NCBI RefSeq assembly: GCF_009914755.1
Contig: NC_060927.1
Source of the DNA: the human T2T-CHM13v2.0 reference genome, Homo sapiens
Length of the DNA stretch: 64,000 bases
Direction: 5' to 3' (one strand)
Positions 52,586 to 64,000 of this stretch are shown one piece after another. The notes under the pieces were generated by a model, which was not told the DNA's origin, made no database searches, and saw only the letters and a list, made by a program, of their open reading frames with translations. The translations under genes and the position numbers were made by a program. Positions within the stretch are counted from its first letter, which is position 1. Each line of letters begins with the position of its first letter.

Positions 52586-53162
52586 AGATTCTATGGGCCT
52601 CTTAGAAATCTTATTGGGAATGTACTCAATTTTTTAAAAAGCGACATTGATAACATTTTGTCACAATAAACTTTATTTTGAACTTTCTGCATGGCTGCTG
52701 TAGAAAAACACATCTAAAATCCTTGGAAGTTCCATTGTCAATGAGTCTGTGAGGTCTTCCTTTAAGATTTTTAGAGACACTATTTGTTTTTATTTTTGAT
52801 ACATTACTTTAAATATTCCTAAAGTCTTGATAAAGTTCCCACAGTCACACCCTTTATCTTTAGACAGTGTTTTCCTGACAATGTCTTGGATTTGATCTTT
52901 TCCTGGAAACCATTTTCATATTTTTAGCGTTGTTTGCCATCTGGATAGGCAGGATTTAGATACAGTTTTATTTTAAACATAGAAAGCTCTGGATAATTTA
53001 TATATTTAACAATTATTCTTTTAGCTTAACTTTTTTATTTTCATTTTACTACAGACAGTAAGAAGAAGCCAGGTGACACTTTCAACACTGCCTGGAAATA
53101 TCTTTAGCTAAATTAGCTTGTTTATTAAGTATATTTTTTAGCTCCTATGCTGTTGCAACTGA

Positions 53163-53495
<333 letters not shown>

Positions 53496-53649
53496 TAACA
53501 ACAATTCTCCCTTTCTCCAGCTTCCAATAACATTTCTTTACTTTCATTTATGTTCTTGCTCACCATCTTTTTAAGAGCTGATGGGTTTTTGCTAACATTC
53601 TTTTCCTTGACCCTTAGAATTTCACTAACATTCTCTGAGTTTATTTCCC

Positions 53650-54750
53650 CACGTCTAATGTGAACATATGTATGGGCTTTGTGACTGCTTTAACTAATAA
53701 GAAGATAAAGCAGAAGTGACACTCTTCTGCTTCTGTACCTAGTCATTAAGGGTCCAAAATATTTTGTTTCTTCACAACTGGAAATATTTTGGGATACCTC
53801 CTCTTAGAATACAGCCACTACGCTGTGAGAGAACCAAGCCACAAGCAAGGAAAGGCAACCTGTAGGCATTCTGTTTACAGTCTTAGTTGAATTCCCAGAT
53901 AATAGCCAGCATCAACTACCAGCTATATGACTAAGTCATCTTAGATATTCCAGTCAATCAAGCCTACAGATGATTCATTGTTACCTAAAATAAGGGGAGC
54001 AGAGCTGTCCAGCTGAGTCAAGTCAATCTACAAAAAAATCAATTTTGTTTTAAACCACTAAGTTTGGGGATACTTTTTTATACCTTAATAACTAATAGGA
54101 AAAGAACTTGGTACTAAAAGTGTGGTTATGCTTTAAGAAAAACCCAAATTATATAATATTGGCTCTGAATCTGGTAAAGTTGAATCTACAATGGCCTCAA
54201 TGAGATTGTTAAAGAAGATTGGAAGGATAAGAAGAAAACTGCTATTGGAGGTTAGAGAAAAGGTAAATTGTGTTATGTAGTAGAGGAAAGTTCAGCAACA
54301 CTTTTGACCACAATTTGTGATAATTTTGAAAATAGGAAATATGCATGTGGATTTAGTCAATGAAATTTTCAGGAAGAATGTTAAAGTGCCACCTGGGTTA
54401 TTTAAGCTGCATATGATAAATTATGGATATTTAGGGAAAAACTAAAGATGAAATTGCATAGTTTTCAAACAGAATTTAGAGAAAAAAATTCTGCATCAGG
54501 TTTTGCTGGGCTCAAAAATGAAACTATTTCTTATTGCCAGTCTCTTCTGGAAAAAATTTTTTTCACAGAATAAAATGGCTTTAGGGAAAATAGCAAATCC
54601 AAAGCTTTGCCAACAAAACATGATTTCAGCATCAACATCTCAAAGGTGCTGCTGTAAGATCCTTTGTTAAGACCACAGAAATATTTAAGGCAGGGCCATG
54701 CAGACTCTCTCAGCTGGGCAACATAAAAGACATTTAATAACCATGACACT
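53650..54750 (+). mobile_element. MLT1 (G/H-like) LTR followed by internal 5' sequence
   Basis: GTGACTGCTTTAACTAATA...AGCCAGCATCAACTACCAG...TTTAAACCACTAAGTTTGGGG, then internal start GAACTTGGTACT. Confidence 0.7.
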
Positions 54751-54887
54751 ATTACATTTTTTAAAATTTCAAATGAGTTTATTCACATAAAATTAGAATA
54801 ATTAATTTACAAGTTTTATTCCTGAGTCAAGTAAAAAAACATACTTGGTGCTTCTCAAATACTAGAGAGCTAGTAAAAAAATAGAGT

Positions 54888-58535
<3,648 letters not shown>

Positions 58536-58539
58536 ATTA

Positions 58540-58657
58540 ATTATTGCTTTCACATTACAATGGCAGAGCTGAGTAGTTGCCACAGGGACAGTGTGGTCCA
58601 CCAGTCTAAAACATTTCATATCTAGCCTGTTCAGCAAAAGTTTGCTGACTCTTGCTC
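58540..58657. mobile_element. MER58A fragment
   Basis: GCTTTCACATTACAATGGCAGAGCTGAGTAGTTGC...AAAGTTTGCTGACTCTTG. Confidence 0.8.
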
Positions 58658-59164
58658 TGGAGTATGTGTTTTCTTACGACAGAGCCCATAGTCTATTCCA
58701 TGCCTAAAATGGGACTATACTCAGAGTCCAGTGTTACATAAGTCTCTAAATGATAGAATGAATGTATAAATGAATTAATTCTAGCAGAAACAAATAAATA
58801 TTTAATACTATACCACAAGTACACAGATAATCTATGATTCATTCAATAATCTTTAAGGATATCTTCTTCAACTCAGAAAAGAAGGCTTCTTAGGAAACAA
58901 TGGCATTGCCCCAGAACGTACTGATTCTCAGCCCAAGGAAGACAGGGTATAGCTCAAAGACATATGTAGGTATGGTGTTTGTCTAATGGAGTGGATTGTA
59001 ACTTACTACAAAGTATGCTTAAATTTTAATAATGGAATTGTTACAACTTGGGCTAAAAGGAACAGAGATACTCAACATGATAGAATGCATGGTGCTGGTT
59101 CAGAATGACTAAGTATTCAATGGATATTTACTTTATTTGGGGGGAAATTGCAAGGATGTTTAAC

Positions 59165-59335
59165 ATAAGCTCATTTGATTTCAATTTTGTGTAGTAGATA
59201 TTATTACCTCTAATTTTAAAGGGGAAAAAACATTGGCTTAGAAAGATTAAATAATTTACCAAATTTTTAATAATCAGTAAGTGTCAGTAAGTGGCAGAAT
59301 TAAGAGTGAACCCCAGGTATTCTGGCCAACTTCAG
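59165..59335 (-). mobile_element. MIR
   Basis: GGCTTAGAAAGATTAAATAATTTACCAAA...GTAAGTGGCAGAA...TGAACCCCAGGT. Confidence 0.65.
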
Positions 59336-62300
59336 TAGTTTTTCAGTGATGTGCCAGCCACTTCACGTGTTGTGATCTGTGAATAGAAACAAATGAGCAA
59401 ACGTAGTTTTGTCTCATGGAAACACATATAACTAATACCAAGTCAAAAAAATCTTCAAGCAGTGAACAATGGAACACAAATTGTGTAAGGAGGGTGGAGG
59501 AGAGGAACTTGGGAAGCACAAGAGTGATGAGGATAAGTTGTGCCAATAAAGAAAGGCTTATTTGGTGGAATCAGATCTAGGCTGGATGGTGGAGAGGGCA
59601 ATAGTATAGGCAGCCAGTAATGTGAATAAAGGAGTAGAAGCAGAGTGACTAAAACTCTTTCAGGCTCTTGTTCTGGCTTGAGTGGAAAGATGTGATGAAG
59701 CTTTTGGGTCTTGTTTGAAAGTTAAAGAAAGTACAACATTGGGAATAGGAAGGGAGGTGTTATTCTTTTGACATTTGGTAAATTCTTTAGATTTTAGCAT
59801 TTCTAAAAAAAATCTGTGAAGAAAGTGTGAAATGCAATTAAGACAGCTCTTCCACATGTCACACTAAATAGGCAATGCCTTTGTATATTTTGGAAAGAGT
59901 ATGCAGAATGCAAAAAGTTATTTGAGATTGAAAAATTATGAGCTCATTGTACAGAATGATCTGTGTTTTTTTTTTCCCCAGTATGGAGGTTGCCTCAATT
60001 GAGTGCTCCTTGGAATCTCTTCCAACAAGTCTATCAAATAGTAAAGAAGAGTGCATTTCAGCAACATTAAGAAAAGCTCATATCCTCATTACCTAATATA
60101 AACAAGAAAAAAAGATAAGAGCAAAAAGTTGAGAAGCCAAGTATAGTTAACTGCCGATACTTGCATAGTCTGTAAAAGCTAAGTACAATGTGTGAGGCTC
60201 CTCAGGGAGCCAAGGAATTGACTTTGAGTGCTGGTACATTAATCCTACTTAGAAACACTTATCATTGTAAATAATTAAAACACTCTGATTTAGATAGACA
60301 GTCTATGCTGAAAGAAGTTCCAGGAAGAGGACCAAATAAAATAATAGTCTCTATGGGATAATATGAGAATGGAGAAGTAGAGAAATCATTCTGATATTAT
60401 TCCTCTTGGAAAAACAATGTCCTAAACTCTCTCAGACCTTCAGAAGAATGAATGAGGACACGTTCTTCATCAGACACTCATTGAATTGAACACAGTGGGA
60501 CTTAAATGGATGCTGAGTTAAAAAGAGGTGGAGGGGAATGATAATGTAGTTGCAGCTGAGTCTCAGGTATAAGTGACCTTCTATAAGTACAGGGACTATA
60601 ATACAACATGGAATAAAAAGTAGTATATATTTAATTGTACATGTCCTTCAACGTAGCTACCACAAATCCCTGAAGTAATACATGGGAAAACCAGTCTATA
60701 AAACTAGATGTCAATACATATGTTATTTCATCCAATATATATGTAAAAAGAAAGTTAAAGTTTATAAATAGCCCAGTTTTTAATGATAAATAGCCCAGTT
60801 TTTTATGGAGGAAATGCAGAATCATATTTTCCCCTCAAGTGTGGTCTTTTTCCTGGAGCCAAATTATTAGTGGAATGAATGTTCACAATGGTTGATGCAT
60901 GTGGTCTGAAAGGGAATTGAATTATAATAATAAAAGGAATATAAGAAATAATAATTACTCTATTTTGGTTTGGGTAGCACATCTTTTAATGCATCTAGGG
61001 CATTTCTAAAGTCTGGCATTTTCTTTAGAAAACTACCTCGTTTAATTTTTATGCTTGACAAAATGACCTCTTAATTGTAAGATCTTTAATATCTAAAAAA
61101 TGAGGTATGGAATTTAACAGTCTTTGGTCCTTTACATCACTCTGATGGAAGAGGCAATCTGATAGAGTCTCCAGTAGCAACCCATTAAAACTGTAAAACA
61201 CAAAAGCCACAGTCTCTTGCCACCTAATAGGCATTTTTTCGCTGATTTAAGAGAGCCTGGATGACAAAGGATGCTTGGTGCTTTTTTGAGCTTTAAATGT
61301 GATTCTCTAAAATTTGACCTATGATGATGATTAATTTTTCATAAATCTCCATTTCACATGAATGGAACTACAGATTAAAATATGTGTTTAGTATTTTAAG
61401 TATTTCCTCAAAAAGGAGATTGCTACTACTTGTCACACCTTAAATTGTATTAGGAATGACAGCATAAATGTTCGCATTAATGATTTTTAAAATTTACTCA
61501 TTTTAAACCATACAAAGAATTATGTGTGATCCTAGATGATAGCATATTTATTTATAACTCATAACCCTGAGCCATTGCTATTGATATCCGAATTTACTAA
61601 TGAAGAAACTGAAGCCAAGAGCAGTGTTAACTTGAACAATTTCCTTAATTATCTCAGTTCACAAAGTGAAATTGGAATGGAAACTCAAGGCTGTCTCACT
61701 TTAAATTTCTCTTTTTTAAAAAATAATACCACCTCCCATGAGGGCAAGAGCATTCATATATTTAACATTGACTAGCAGGAAGGTTTTTTCACAATTGAAA
61801 CTACTGTGACATTGACTTTTTGATGAGGCCTGGTTTCTTTTCTCCACACTGACATTCAGTAGGTTAGTAGAGAGGTGTAGCATATCTTACATTCTACTCA
61901 ATCACTATGGCTAAAGGGAGAGACCATAGTTGGCATCTCAGAATAAGCTAATAGGGTGGGGAGCTTTGGCTATTCCTGAGCTTATTCAGACTCTATGTTT
62001 GGCTGAAGATCATAGTTCCTGGTTTTACTAAGTATCCATCCTCTCAACCTTGTCCAGATCATATTATCAATAAAAAAAGAGTATTTATAGAATGCATGAC
62101 TACATCAAGACTTTCAGTATGTTAATAGTGGTTTTGACTGTTTTGTCTTAAATGGTTTAGTTCATTCAATACTATCATTCAACACATTGACAATCTTAAA
62201 GTATTTCTGATATTTCTGAGGTGATGACTTCCGTAATGCTTAAGCAAAATTAAACTTATTTTTAAACTATTAGTAATATTTCAGAGATAATATTTACTTC

Positions 62301-62369
62301 AATATGTTTTGTATTAAACTTTTTATTATAAAACCAATTCTTTTTTCGGTTAAGTTATTCTATTTAGTA

Positions 62370-63950
62370 AATTAAACAAAATATCAAATCTAGTTGACAT
62401 CTTCCCTCTCTAAAATCCATTCCCAGCTAGTCTCGCTATCCAAAGGAAACCACTATTAATTTTTTGTTTTTCTTTTAATTGCCTATTAAATGTCAAATAA
62501 CGTACTTATTTTCTATGTGCTTTACTGATTTGTCAAATTAATACAATGCTTAATGAATCTCTACTAAGAAAATAAGAAATTATGCACATTCAACTTTTCT
62601 TTCAATTCTTTTCCATTCCGTCTCTCACTTTGTTAGTTATATTACCATTTTTATGTTGCCAAACCTTAGCATTTTCATTCTGCTATTTAAACATTAAGTC
62701 TTTTGTGCTATGTCTAGACTGATTCCAAATAATCAAATGCTAATAGGCAGCATTTACAATATGGTTTTCTAAATATTTTGTTCTATAAAGTCAGTAATAT
62801 GAATGAATCCATAAAGGGGAAAATACGATGCTATGGCATTAAAAATTCATTACTTTAAAAAAAAGACTCTTCCAAATGTTTATGTTAAATAGACTCTCTT
62901 TTATTTTCTGTCCAGATTCCTGCAAGCCTTTTGGGTTATATATGGTTCATGGATGATAAATTCACTGAATTCTGGCATTAGAAAACTAGAATCTATAACT
63001 GATTCTATACTTTTTCTCACATTTTCTTGATAGTTTGGCAGGGTATAGTATGTAACACTCCAAATATTTTTTTCACTCAATATTTGAAGGGATTCTTTAA
63101 TCTCTTGTTTCCTATAAGAAAATATTTGTCAGTATATGATTTTTACTAATTTAGCCCAGAAGTATTTTGTGAATACTTCCTTCCATGTAGGTACCTTTTG
63201 TTTGTCTGTAGAAGTTTTTGAATCTTTTTCTTATTCTTACAATTCACAATGTTGTATCTAGGTGTTGGTGTGTTTCACCCCTCATGAATTCTCCAGGTGT
63301 TTTTATTCTGAAACTTTTAAAATTGGGGGAATATTCTGTTGTATTCTGATTGTTCCCTCTCTCCATCACTTTTACGTTCCTTTTAGGAAACATTTTTAGA
63401 TAGATTTCAGACTCTGGCTCCTTCATGATTTTTCTCTCTTAATTTCTGTGTGCCTGTTTTAACTTTATCATATTACATTCATTTTAAAATCAATAACTTG
63501 ATTTTGAGTCAAGATTTCTTTTCTGTCACTTACTCTATATTTGTAAAAAGTCACAATGATTGTCATGTTTTCTGATTATTCTTTTTCTTTGTCAACTGTG
63601 ATAATAATTGTAAAAAATATTAGTTGTAGTGATCAAAAAGTTTTGTTCCCCAATTTTCTTAATGGGTTACATTATTTTATATATCCTTCTTTATGCTGTC
63701 GGTACCCTTTGACTATCTTTAGACTCTTTATTATTTGTATATATTTATGACTAAAAAACCTATGATGATGAAAATAAGTAAATGTTTCCTTTGACTTTGT
63801 GTAGGTCTTTACTCAACAGATCTTTGACTAGAATAAGAGCTGGGGAAAAGTATCCTGTGCCAGTTAAGGAATTGTGTAGGCAAAACAGCTTCTCCACTGG
63901 ATGTGTGTAGGGAATTTATTTGATGATATTGCATATCACTAAAATATAGA
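62370..63950 (-). mobile_element. Very old L1ME/HAL1-like remnant
   Basis: Antisense 3'UTR-like CCAAAGGAAACCACTATTAAT at about 62450 and antisense ORF1-like TGATAGTTTGGCAGGGTATAG at about 63030; highly degenerate. Confidence 0.5.
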
Positions 63951-64000
63951 AAGAAAAAAAGACCTAGGATAATTATTCCATTGGTGGTCTAGTTGGGAAC

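Noticed and set aside
61049-61234. Minus-strand ORF with an acceptor-like TTTTGTGTTTTACAG
   Set aside because: No matching donor, partner exon or recognisable protein.

Overview
Primate, almost certainly human, genomic DNA: AT-rich, CpG-poor, no CpG island, and dominated by decayed transposable elements. It reads as intergenic DNA or a large intron. I found no credible protein-coding exon or RNA gene. The ORF track is explained by Alu, L1, MaLR and MER sequence, low complexity or chance. Recognisable content: about 12 Alu/FLAM copies; several L1 remnants (one with a twin-priming inversion, one lacking ORF2, one with a 128-bp tandem triplication); a complete MST-type MaLR provirus with a 5-bp target-site duplication (TSD); a deeply nested MLT1/MER4/L1/Alu stack; solo LTRs; Tigger- and hAT-derived MITEs; and L2/MIR fragments. 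The best non-repeat signals are a candidate promoter and non-coding first exon at about 21.65-21.9 kb, and motif-dense candidate enhancers near 10.1 kb and 24.4 kb. I could not identify the locus, and the sequence alone does not support a new biological system. The findings are mutational footprints and regulatory hypotheses. Repeat subfamily names come from recalled consensus sequences. Boundaries without a stated TSD are approximate.
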